A stretch of 64,000 nucleotides of DNA, from the NCBI RefSeq assembly GCF_009914755.1, contig NC_060947.1, one strand, 5' to 3'. The position numbers were made by a program, and so were the translations under genes. The first letter of the stretch is position 1. Each line of letters begins with the position of its first letter. This DNA comes from the human T2T-CHM13v2.0 reference genome, Homo sapiens. This document shows positions 1 through 15,735 of the stretch, in pieces. The notes below the pieces were generated by a model. It worked only from the letters and a program-made list of their open reading frames with translations. It was not told the DNA's origin and did not search any database.

Positions 1-130
1 TTCAAATCAGAAGTTGGTCCTGGCTGTCACTTTACAGTCAAAATGTTACTCATTTTGGACCCTTGGTTTCCTTATCTATCGAACAGGAAATTACTTATTC
101 TTCCTATTTCTGGGGTTATTGTTAGATCAT
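1..130 (+). mobile_element. MIR fragment
   Basis: Degenerate MIR core (ttcaaatc...cttggtttccttatctat...gggttattgttagat). Confidence 0.5.
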
Positions 131-167
131 AAGAAAAAAATGGACATTAAAATGGTATGAATTTAAA

Positions 168-370
168 GCAAGCTTTCTCACCTCAGCGCTATGGATTATT
201 GTGAGGCGGACCATTCTCTATTATGGGATGCTGTCCTGTGCCCACCCCAGCCTCTATCTACTACATGCTAGCAGCACTGCACCCATCCCCCAGTTGTGAC
301 AACCAGAAAAGTCTCCAGACACTGCCAATGTCCCTCGGAGGGCAAAACTGCCCACAGTTGAGAAACAATG
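168..370 (-). mobile_element. MER20-like hAT DNA transposon
   Basis: cccagttgtgacaaccagaaaagtctccagacactgcc...gttgagaaac matches the recalled MER20 consensus. Confidence 0.7.
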
Positions 371-849
371 GCTTAAAGTGAAGATTTAAATTATTTATTC
401 TGGGTTTTTTTTTTTTTTAAATCAAAGTATGATCGAGGCTATACAAATAGAGATAGTATCATACAGGGATGATTTCCAATAGGTGGATGTCAAATGGATC
501 TCACAGACCCACAATGAGTCTACAGAGTCAAGGGTTACCATCACGAAAGGCAACCACCACTTTCTTTCTTTCCCAAGTGCTCCTTTAGATTTATAGCACA
601 TACCTATGTTGTGATGTGTATTGTAATTACTTGTGTGCTTAACTCTCTCCACTACCAGGCTATGAGCCTTTTGTGGGATGGGCACTTAACTCATTCAGCT
701 GTATCCCCTAGAATAATGGCTCCCAGATTTTGATTTAAACATAAATCCCTGGGATACCTAGCACAATGCCTGAAACAAAACTGGCTCTTAAGAAATGGCT
801 CATCAAATTCAAGCCAGTAAAATAGGAAAAATTTACATGTAAATTTTAC

Positions 850-900
850 CTGGTAGTCTCGGAGACCAACCAAAATAATGTCCGAGGTATTTATCCAAAC
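850..900 (-). CDS. EIF1AX: EIF1AX exon 4 (VWINTSDIILVGLRDYQ)
   Basis: TTTGTAG|GTTTGG...TACCAG|GTAAAA; 51 nt. The gene continues beyond the left edge of the window. Confidence 0.96.
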
Positions 901-987
901 CTACAAAAGAAAAGTCACTGCCCGTCACATTTAAAATAACGAAGAATCAAGAAATTCCAGAGTAACAATCAATTAGTTTAGAAATTA

Positions 988-1657
<670 letters not shown>

Positions 1658-2057
1658 AGATTTTAGTTTGGGAATAGAAGGATTAACATACCAAATTAAA
1701 AAAAATAAATACAAAATCAGAGTTGGGACTTTTAGTCAACCTGATTAATAAATCTGCCTGAATAACTACTGTGATGGTGAATTAATCATTACTTTCCAAG
1801 GCAGTCCATTCACGATGACATTCAAGAGATGCAACATTAATACAATGCTTATATAACTCATATTCAAATTTTCTGAATGTACACTTTACAGCTATATGTC
1901 CAATTCCTAAATCAGAATCCAAACAAGGGCAACCTACTCCATTTAACTGTCAGGTCTCTTTAAGTCTCCTTGCAACTAGAATAGTACCCCAGCTTTTTTT
2001 TTTTTTTTTTTTTGAAACTTTCATGACAGTAACATTGCATTAAGAGCTGGGCCATCT

Positions 2058-2364
2058 GGCTGGGTACAGTGGCTCATGCCTATAATCCCAGCATTTTGGG
2101 AGGCCAAGGTGGGCTGATTGCTTGAGCTGAGGATTCGAAACCAGCCTAAGCAACATGAAGAAACCCCATCTCTACAAAAAATACAGAAATTAGCCAGGCA
2201 TGGTGGCACAGGCCTGTAGCCCCTGCTACACGGGAGGCTGAAGTGGGAGGATCACTTGAACCAATGAGGGTGAGGTTACAGTGAGCCCAGATCATGCCAC
2301 TACTCTACAGGCTGGGTGATAAGAGTGAGACCCTGTATCAAAAAAAAGACAAGGAAAAAAAAAA
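2058..2364 (+). mobile_element. Alu (AluJ-like)
   Basis: Diverged dimer with A tail; degenerate TSD around CTGGGCC. Confidence 0.9.
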
Positions 2365-2630
2365 CTGGGCCGTTTGTTTTTGCAGAATGTCTCTCAATTT
2401 GGACTTTTTGGGCAGGAATACAATACAAGTGATACAAATGCTTCTTTAACATTAGAACCTGTATAAAATTACCATTACAGACCTTGCTATTTTACTTATA
2501 GGTAAATCACTGTTTACCAAGGTAAGTCTTTTGGGAATTTCCAAAAATGAAGTCCATGGACAGTTAAAAACTGTAGAGGGATTTTCCCCCTTAACCAATT
2601 TTATATTAAAGTAAAACAAATCACACCTAC

Positions 2631-2734
2631 CTTTTTTCTCAATTTTCCTCTGATGTGACATAACCTCTTTACACCATCGAAACACATTGCTTCTAGCCGT
2701 CCATTTCCCAACATTTTGATTACCTGAGCATACT
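2631..2734 (-). CDS. EIF1AX: EIF1AX exon 3 ([35 protein letters not shown]), OB fold
   Basis: CTAG|AGTATG...AAAAAG|GTAGGT; 104 nt; the peptide is visible within ORF 2601..2873. Confidence 0.97.
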
Positions 2735-2958
2735 CTAGCGGGGAGAAAGGAAAAGGGTATGGAATATTGTTCAACTTTTGATAACAGCAACTTAAAGTCC
2801 ACATAAAACTGTCAAGAGAATAAAGTTGCACCAGTTGGGAATAAATACATATAGTAAAACTATAAACAAACATAAGGGAGTGATAAACATCAAGTTAGTT
2901 AACGGCAGAGCTAGAACTAAGACTCTATGATGACATTTCTTTCTTTCTTTCTTTTTTC

Positions 2959-3306
2959 TGAGCTCAGGTCAAGTGTAGAAAACTTCATAGTTACAAAGGT
3001 CAGTCGTAAAACCTTTACATCATTGCCCAGAAATGATTAGGCTTTCATAGACATACATATGCACCCCCTCACCCCCAATCTCATTCATTCCTACAACTGC
3101 TACCTTTATAAACACGTGTGCGTGCACACACACACACACCCCCCACACACACACCAGACATATGCCCTTATTGTTTTACATTGTTTTATAGTTCTGCTTC
3201 TCAGAACTGTAGAGATCATGCATCAGGTAGACCGGAAAGCCTTCTGATGCTCAGATTTGGCTAGTTTCATCATTGATCCACTTCAGTAAAAGCAGATCTC
3301 AGAGAA
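2959..3306 (-). ncRNA. SCARNA9L: SCARNA9-like tandem box C/D scaRNA (mgU2-19/30 family), retroposed copy in EIF1AX intron 2
   Basis: Box C ATGATGA (3273-3267), D' CTGA (3254-3251), D (3204-3201), central GU tract, second box C ATGATGT (3023-3017), terminal D (2967-2964). Guides are complementary to U2 nt 16-23 and 27-36. A-rich tail at 2941-2958. Confidence 0.9.
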
Positions 3307-4055
3307 TGTAATGCCATTTCTATAATATACTGTCTCTGCTATTAGACATGTTTAAATTATCGACTCATTCTGAATAAGTAGATTGACTACCCCACTTTTG
3401 GCTCTCCTTTACCTCAGTACCTTTAGGTGCAAATCTCATAATTTTTAGTTCATTTAGCAAACAAAAACAAACTTCAAACAATGTCTTTGTTGAATTAGAA
3501 TATGACTAATCCCCAGAGAGGATGTCCATTAATTTGTAAATATACTGAGACTTCATTTTGAAAGGCTCAACAGTGGGGATGACTTGTGGAAGTCAATTAC
3601 TCAGACTACAGTGAGTTTAGCACCCATCTACCACCTCAACATGGTTGGTCAACTCAAAGGCAGCCTTTCTTCTGAAGTGAGGGAAAAAGTAATAATAAAA
3701 CAGTGTATGCCCAAGTCAAGTCAGCTGCTATTTTAGAGGCAAGGATGACCAAGGCTAAGAAACCAAAGGACTTTTAGCCAGAAAACGTATCTCATGTTTA
3801 CTGGTTTATATGTATGGCGTAATAAATCCACCCAAAGTTCTATTAAAAGCTAAAGTACTGGAAATAATTGGAATACCTGAGGAAATATGGAGTATATACT
3901 AGATATTATATCAATGTCAAATTACCTGAGTGTGATAATTCTCTTCTAGTTATATAAGAAAATATACTTGCACTTAGAAGATACATGATCAAGTAAGGGA
4001 AAAGTAACATGATGTCTCTAAATTTCAAATGGTCCTGAAGAAATCCTACATATGG

Positions 4056-4490
<435 letters not shown>

Positions 4491-4788
4491 TTAGGATTTA
4501 TTTGACTAGTGCTATGTATCTTGGTCTGGCACTTACAATATTCTTCAGTCTAATAAAATCAGTTAACTGTTCAGTTTCATTTTATTGTAGTTTACGAAGT
4601 TATATGCTAATGGCACTGGAGAATGGAGAGGTCTATAAGGGCCTCAGGCTCATCCTTCAAATGTCCATGGTCTACTCAACATATTATATGTACCATTCAC
4701 TACCAGAAATGCTAATCATAGAACTGCCAACTAAATCACAGAACTGTCAACCATAGCTCAATTCCCTCTGAACTATACGACACATTCT

Positions 4789-5368
<580 letters not shown>

Positions 5369-5430
5369 AAGTCCCCAGCTAAAAAAGAAAGGATGTTATT
5401 TTAAAAAGCGTAATTTATGAAAACACTTAC

Positions 5431-5514
5431 CCTGACCATCCTCTTTGAATACCAGTTCTCTTTTTTCAGATTCATTCTCATTCTTACCCCTGCGTCTGTT
5501 TTTACCTCCTTTAC
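5431..5514 (-). CDS. EIF1AX: EIF1AX exon 2 ([29 protein letters not shown])
   Basis: CATCAG|GTAAAGGA...GGTCAGG|GTAAGT; 84 nt, phase 1-1; encodes the basic N-terminal tail of eIF1A. Confidence 0.97.
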
Positions 5515-5995
5515 CTGATGGTTTAAAAAAAAGAAAAGGAGGTAAATGACATTAATTATCTGTAAAACAGTATGAAATAAAATGAAATTAAGGCTTATAA
5601 AACCATTTTTTAAAAGATCACTTAAATTAAAAAATTCATCTATTTTAGCTACACAATCATATTAAATTTACAATCTCCAATCCCAACATTAACACATTAT
5701 CACCTCCCTACCCTTCTTGGAATTTCCTTTGGGGATTTTTCTGACATAAAATACACATAAATAGCAGATATTATGTTAAAAAATATAGAAAAACATTTCA
5801 CTTTAGCACCCATCCTTTTGAAATAAAAATGCAATTCTATACATATTCTTCTAAGCGGAAATCTTGGGTGTCTTCTAAAGCCAGGCCCTATGCAAGGAAC
5901 CCGATACTTTCAAAATTAAGTGAAGACAGTGTCTGGACAGAGAACTGTGGTTTTCAAACTTTTGGTAGCAGAGTACCATAAATATTGAAATCTCA

Positions 5996-6126
5996 CTGGG
6001 TGCAGTGGTGTGCGCCTAGGGTCTCAGCTACTCAGGAGGCTCAGGTGGGAGGATCACTTGAGCAAGCCCAGGAGGTTCCAGGCTAGCCTGGGCAACATAG
6101 CGAGACACTGTCTCTTAAAAAATAAA
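5996..6126 (+). mobile_element. FLAM/Alu monomer
   Basis: Single 7SL-derived monomer with a short A tail. Confidence 0.8.
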
Positions 6127-6574
6127 GAAGATCTGTTCGGTACCCAATTTACTTTCTTTTATAATGCTGGTCCCTACTCAACATCCCTGTTTCTATTATA
6201 TGACCCCAGTGACCATGCTCTTAACCACTATGCAATAATTCTGCCCATTTACTTGTCACAATCACCCCATGAGGTCATAACATTCATTTATTCCCAGTTT
6301 ACCCATGAGTTCCCTGAAGCTCAGAGAAGTTAAGTAAGTCGCTTAGCTTCAGTGAGTAAATCAGTTCACTGATTACAGTCAGTAAGCTGGGGTGACCAAA
6401 GTCACAATGTTTTTTTTGCCCCTAGCCCCCACATAAGCTTACCTCTCCACAGCATTTTGCTCCCATTCCAGAAAGGAAACCACATTGGCAGCCATTTCCA
6501 AAAGGCAGGAAAAAGGCTGTAAGTGGTAATGACCCTAAGAGACTCATGGGAAGAGCTTGGAAGCAGCAAAAAAA

Positions 6575-7858
6575 AATGGAGGACACTTAAATTAGGTCAT
6601 GAAAAGTACCATTCCTCTAAGTAAGATAACTAAGAACTGATTGGTTTCAGACAGTACAGGAATGATAAACACCAAACTCAGCCTGGTGATTACCTCCAAA
6701 AAGAGAGTAAAAGGTGATTAGGGCTTTACCTCAATCTGCGCTGTAATTCTTAAATTCAGAGTAATGGGTTCCCAGGTATATCATGTTAGCTGTATTTTTT
6801 GTATGCCTCAAATGTTATTTAAGAAAAGACTAATTACTTGTCAATTTACCAGAATTAACCATACCCGGATCACTCCCCTTTGTATTTTATTGCCATGTAA
6901 TGGGATGTTCTTTAAATTCTCTGTTGAATGAATGAGACTAGGTCTGAGTGTACAACAATTAAAGTGACATCAACATTCTTTAAACCAGAGTTGTTTTGGA
7001 GAAATTCCCAGAGAGGCTCTTTCTTAAGACATGAGGCTAGGGAACTAGATGTGATTTAGTGTAGAAGTCCTATCCCCTTGGAACCAAAGCAGAACCTATT
7101 ATTCACTAAGGGTGGAGTCGACAGGAGGTAGGTGACTTAAACCAACAAATATTTATTAAGCATCTACTAATTGTCAAGTGCTGGCAATCCAATGAGATTA
7201 AGACAGATACTATTCCTGCCTTGTAGAGCTTACAGCCTGGTGGAAGAATTGGAAATCTTATTACTAGAAATAAAGGTGAGAATAAGATGGAAGTGATCCC
7301 CTTACCACCTCAGAGAGAATAAAGGATTATACAGAAGAAAACTGTAAGACTTTAAAATTTTTTGTTTATAACTCCATCTTTTCCAAAATAATGAGCAGTG
7401 ACTGCACCAACTTGTGCACAGAACACCTCGACCAAGTACCCTAAGGGATAAAGTAATAAGTGACAGCTACAAAGAGGAAATGTGGTAGAATCCCTGGAGC
7501 CAGCTGTCAAGTAGAAAAGAGAGCAGAAGTAGGCCTGTGTCAGGGGAGGGTTTCCTCTAGAATGAATAATCAAAGGAGACTACTTACGGACTATGAAGTA
7601 TGCTCCTCTCCTGTAGGAAAATACAGTATTTTCCCTATATTTACTTGCACAATTTTCTTCAAGTTATACGGCTATTAAAAATGACAGGAACACTGTAAAT
7701 CTATAAAAGTAATTTCTTTAGGAGTGTTCTGTTTTTTGTTTTTGTTTTTTTTTTTTTAAGATTAGGCCTTCCGTTTTGGAAATCCCAAATAAAGTTATCC
7801 TCAAGTCTGATCATTTGTGAACGCTTAGCCTCAGAATGGAGGACACTTAAATTAGGTC
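6575..7858. repeat. 24-bp perfect direct repeat AATGGAGGACACTTAAATTAGGTC (6575-6598 and 7835-7858)
   Basis: Identical copies 1260 bp apart, read directly from the sequence. Confidence 0.9.
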
Positions 7859-8516
7859 TTTATTCTCACAACATATGCATCATCTGAAGCAAAAGTAGAA
7901 AACTTGGCTCAATATGGAATAAGTCTTCAGCAAACAAACATAAGCTATATCCTGTAAAGGGATGGAGAGAGTAAATCTCTAGAGGTGAGCCTTAGAAATG
8001 TATCAAGGTTTCACCCACTGTTCACAAGGGACAGCGAGTAGCCTCAACAATACTGAACTGTCCATAAAGAAACCCATGCAGGAGTACCTGGTGCTCACGA
8101 ATGCAGACAGCACTCTGAAAGTTCAGAACGGCTTCCAGGGATTATAACCCCTCATGCCCGGGAAGGCCAAAGGGGCCTATCTACTAAACCTAGGCCGCCC
8201 CGGGGAAGGTTCCCGCCACCGTCCCCACCGAGCAGCGGTCAGTCTGGCGCGAATCAGGAGCAAAAGCCCACATTCTCCCGCAGGAGGCCCTACAAAAATG
8301 GCGCCGGCTCCACCCCAATGTGACCAAACTGGGCAACAGGAGTTAACTTCCCAGCTCCTCTCCCGAGCTCAGAGTCGCGTGTGGGGCGCCCAGCCGCGGG
8401 CAGGCAGGGCGGGAAGGAAAAAGGGTCACTGCGGCCTGGGTGACCTGCAATCTACGGGCAGGACCTGGGAGACCCGGCCGAGCAGAGCCGTGGTCCGGGG
8501 GTCCGGGCGGCATTAC

Positions 8517-8532
8517 CTTTATTCTTGGGCAT
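8517..8532 (-). CDS. EIF1AX: EIF1AX coding exon 1 (MPKNK-G)
   Basis: Minus strand reads GCCGCCACCGCC ATG CCC AAG AAT AAA G|GTAATG. Strong Kozak context; matches the eIF1A N-terminus; 16 nt. Confidence 0.97.
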
Positions 8533-8735
8533 GGCGGTGGCGGCGACCTCGCGGCGTCTCTGACTTCTTTCCGGGTAGCGGCGACCGCGGCGGCTGCTGC
8601 TCCGAGGGGCGACACGAGGGAGCGCGCGGGACCAAGTAGGTGCTGGAGGCCAGGCAACGTGCGCGGGAGAGGCTGGCGACCCAGCTCTTCAGAGATCCGC
8701 CTGCGTCCACGCTCGGCGGCAGCAAATGGCGCCGC
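8533..8735 (-). other. EIF1AX: EIF1AX 5'UTR (GC-rich, no upstream AUG); TSS approximate
   Basis: GC-rich sequence upstream of the ATG with no CAT on the plus strand. TSS inferred near the YY1/initiator-like GCCATTTG at ~8725. Confidence 0.6.
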
Positions 8736-9068
8736 GACTCTTTGCGTCGCTTTTCCCCGCCTCCCGTCGCCGGCTGGGCCCGCCCCCAGGCTTTATGACG
8801 CAGGCGTGGCCGACTGACTCCTATTGTTAGAGCCGAGGGAGACGCGTTGTGGGAGGGTGCGCAGCAAGCCAGAGAGGACGCGAGGGGCAGGGCCTCAAGC
8901 AGGGAAAAGGCGGAGTCAGGGAGGGAGGGGGAGAGACTCTGCGTCATAGAAAAGGGCGGGTTGAGGTGGCGCTTGCTGCTGGTTAAGACCAGACCTCTGC
9001 TGCTTTGTAGCAAACGCGCGTCTCCCGGTTTCACAAGTGGCTGACTCGTTAACCTCGTGGTTAGCTCA

Positions 9069-9697
<629 letters not shown>

Positions 9698-9974
9698 TAG
9701 CTCATAACGCAGTCCTTTCACTCGCCCAGCCGGGTTGGGAGCCTGATGGGAAGGGCAAGGCTTTCCTGGCATCCATTACCAAAGCATAATATTTGCATGG
9801 CACTTGTTATTACTCTTTAAGTCTGTCTGTCCTACCTCACTGTAAACCTTACCGGGCAGAGACCATGTTTGTTGCTTACCATTACCCCCACTTAGCTGAA
9901 TGTCTGGCACATAATAGGTGTTCAATACACACAGAAAGGAAGGGAGGGAGGGGAGAAAAGACTTAAGCTCAATG

Positions 9975-10336
9975 TTAATGGGCTGAATTGTGTCCCCCCC
10001 AAAATTCGTATGTTCACGTTCTAATCCCCAGTAACTCAATGTGACTGTATTTGGACATAAGTTCTTCAAAGACGTGATTAAATTGAAATGAGGTCATTAG
10101 TGTGGACCCTTATCTGACTGGTGTCCTTACAAGAAGATATTATTAGGCCACAGGCATAGAGGGAGAACACCACGTGAACAAGAAGGTAGCCATCTATAAG
10201 CCCAGGAGAGAGGCCAACCCTGTTGACGCTTGATTTTAGACTTTCAGTCTCCAGAACAATGAGAAAATAAATTTCTGTTGTTTAAGCCACTCAGTACGTG
10301 GTACTTTGTTATGACAGTCCTAGCAAACTAATACAG
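9975..10336 (+). mobile_element. MLT1 (MaLR) solo LTR
   Basis: atgggctgaattgtgtcccccc...ccagaacaatgagaaaataaatttctgttgtttaagcc...aactaataca. Confidence 0.85.
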
Positions 10337-10489
10337 CTGGCTAATGCTGGGCTGTACTCTACAAGATTTATTTCTAAGTAAACTTATTTTGACTAAACCA
10401 AGTAAACTTATTTTAAATAAATCACCTTTCCACAAACACCAGGGTTTGCACATACTTAGAAGACAGAAATAAAGTATCATCATCTAATA

Positions 10490-10705
10490 TAGTGGTTCTT
10501 TTCTGTGAACATTTGGCAGCGTCAACCAGAAATGTTTCTGGTTGTCATAACTTGAGGAGGGGGGCAGTGATGCTGGCATCTAGTGGGCAGAGGCCAGGGA
10601 TGCGGCTAAACATCCTACAGTGCACAGTACAATCTCCCCTCCCCCATACAAGCAAACAATTATCCAGCCCAAAACATCAGCAGAGCTGATATTGAGAAAC
10701 CCAAT
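10490..10705 (+). mobile_element. MER20-like hAT DNA transposon
   Basis: ggttgtcataact...ctggcatctagtgggcagaggccagggatgcggctaaacatcctaca...gagaaacc. Confidence 0.75.
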
Positions 10706-10864
10706 GACAGATGCACTTCTTAGAGTGAAATTGAAAGATAATGGGGGACTCAAAGTTCTGGGTTTCTCTTTCTATCTGCAATATTTTTCAATTTACATAA
10801 TTGAGGATGAAAGGATTTTTTATGAAATTTATTTAAATTTTGCTCCAAGGTCAAATAATTATGA

Positions 10865-11410
<546 letters not shown>

Positions 11411-11609
11411 AGTTAGACTCTAAGAGTCCGGAACTCTAAATGTTTAAAAATAAAAAGTTGCTGTCAATTACCCAGTATAAAACCTCAAAGAGGAAAAAAA
11501 AATATCAGGCTTCATTTCTCTACTGTAGGATGGTTCCCCCATCTGACTGATCATCTTAATCACTTGGAAGGAAGTGAGTCAGGTGGACATCTGGGGGAAA
11601 TGTGTTCTA

Positions 11610-12056
<447 letters not shown>

Positions 12057-12146
12057 TCAGTGTGGCTAGAATGCATTGAGCCAAGGGAAGAATTTGAAGA
12101 GATGAGATTGGAGAAGTAAGGAGGCCAGATCACTTGAATCTTCAGT

Positions 12147-12501
<355 letters not shown>

Positions 12502-12693
12502 TAAGAACAGACTGTAGGGGGCAAGGGTGGAAATGGAAACCACACGGGAGGCTACTGTAACAGTCCGAACGAAAGACAGTTGTGGCTTGGACTAGGGTAT
12601 AAAGTTTCTTTTTAGGATGGTGAGAATGTTCTAAAATTACATTATAATAATGGTTGCACAACTCTGTAAGTACTATACTAAAAGACATTAAAT

Positions 12694-13287
<594 letters not shown>

Positions 13288-13453
13288 TAGATTGTACACT
13301 TTAAATGGTGAACTGTATGGCGTGTAAACTATATCTCAATAAAACTATTAAAGAAATAGGAGACGGATCAAATGACAAATGGTACTGAGGGTTTAGCTGA
13401 GGTTAGAAAATATAAATTTGCAGTGGTATCAGTTTGCATAATTATATGGTTTT

Positions 13454-14485
<1,032 letters not shown>

Positions 14486-15124
14486 TTTCTTCCATACAAT
14501 AGCTGACTGCATACAATCATTAACCAAAATGATCCAGGATTGGAGTTTTTTTTTTTTTTTTTTTTTTTTTGCTCAGTGGGTGCAGAATAAGGGAAAAATA
14601 TAAGGAAGTTGCGGGTGCTTCTAAGAGAGAAGTTCAGATTATCAACTATGGGGCCATGAGGTTCAGTCTGGATAAAAAAGGAAATAAAGACTGGGGACTG
14701 TGGGGGAAAACCCCAGAGGTATAAAATTCAAATTCCTTAATATGATTTATTATGCCTTTGATGATCTGGCTCCTGCTTATCTCTTGAGCCTCACATTATT
14801 TCTTCTTCTCTTACTTTTTAAGTTCTAGTCATACAGAACTTTTGAGTGCCTCTAATTCCGAATTTCTATACATTCTATTCTACCCTTCTCCCTTGCCCTT
14901 TTAGGTCTCAGATTAATAATTGTTTCCTTAGAAGGTCTGCTCTAATCCCTAGGCAACCCTGCTACATATTCCTACAGCATCCTGCACTTCCTTTACCTAG
15001 CTTTTTTTTAGTGTGTCAATTTTATGAATTCAGGGTACATTAATATAAAGCTGCAGAAGCCTGACCATGGCCAATACTGCTACTCTGTGTCAGTCTGTCT
15101 GAGAAGCCAGGTGTTTCTATAATC

Positions 15125-15635
15125 ATGGTAGGCAGACTAATGAACTTCAAAGATGTCCATGTCCAAATCCCTGGAATCCGTGAATTATGTTATCTCACAT
15201 GGCAACAGGGAATAAAAGTTGCAGATGCAATTAATGTTGCTAATCTGTTGACCTTGAGATGGAGAGATTATCCTAGATTACGTGCGTAGGTGAAATCTAA
15301 TCACACGAGTCCTTAAAAGTGGAAGAGGCAGAAGAGGAGGGGCAAAAAGATGCATATGGAGAGGACTTGACCCACTGTTGCTGGTTTTGAAGATGAAGGA
15401 ATGGGCCATAAGTCAAGGAATGGAGGCAGCCTTTAGAAACTGGAAGAGGCAAGGAAACAATTCTTCCCTAGGGCCTCTGGAAAGGAACGTAGCAGCCTTG
15501 CTGACACCTTGATTTTAGCTCAGTGAGACCTGTATTGGACTTCTGATCTCCAGAAGTGTAAGATAACAAATTTGTGTTGTTTTAAGCCACTAAATTGTAG
15601 TAATTTGTTACAAAAATGGTAGAAAGCAAATACAG
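15125..15635 (+). mobile_element. MLT1 (MLT1D-like) solo LTR
   Basis: ggtaggcagactaatg...ccttgagatggagagattatcc...ttgtgttgttttaagccactaa...aaataca. Confidence 0.8.
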
Positions 15636-15735
15636 TTAACATTCCTACCTTGCCTCAGCATAATGCCAAGTAGACCTTGAAGGTCGCCATCTTATCTCGA
15701 GTACCTAAATCCAAGTGGATAGCCCCTGAACCAGC

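Larger units (their letters stand above)
8150..9060. promoter_or_regulatory. EIF1AX: CpG-island promoter of EIF1AX
   Basis: Dense CpG; GC boxes (CCCGCCCC ~8779, GGGCGGG ~8954); YY1-type AAATGGCG at ~8296 and ~8724; CRE-like TGACGCA at 8796 and inverted at ~8940. Confidence 0.9.

Noticed and set aside
6850-7350. Antisense lncRNA (EIF1AX-AS1) that I recall being annotated in intron 1
   Set aside because: Exon boundaries cannot be supported from the sequence alone.
8154-9044. Overlapping 65-171 aa ORFs on both strands
   Set aside because: Expected from stop-codon depletion in a CpG island; only 8517-8532 is coding.
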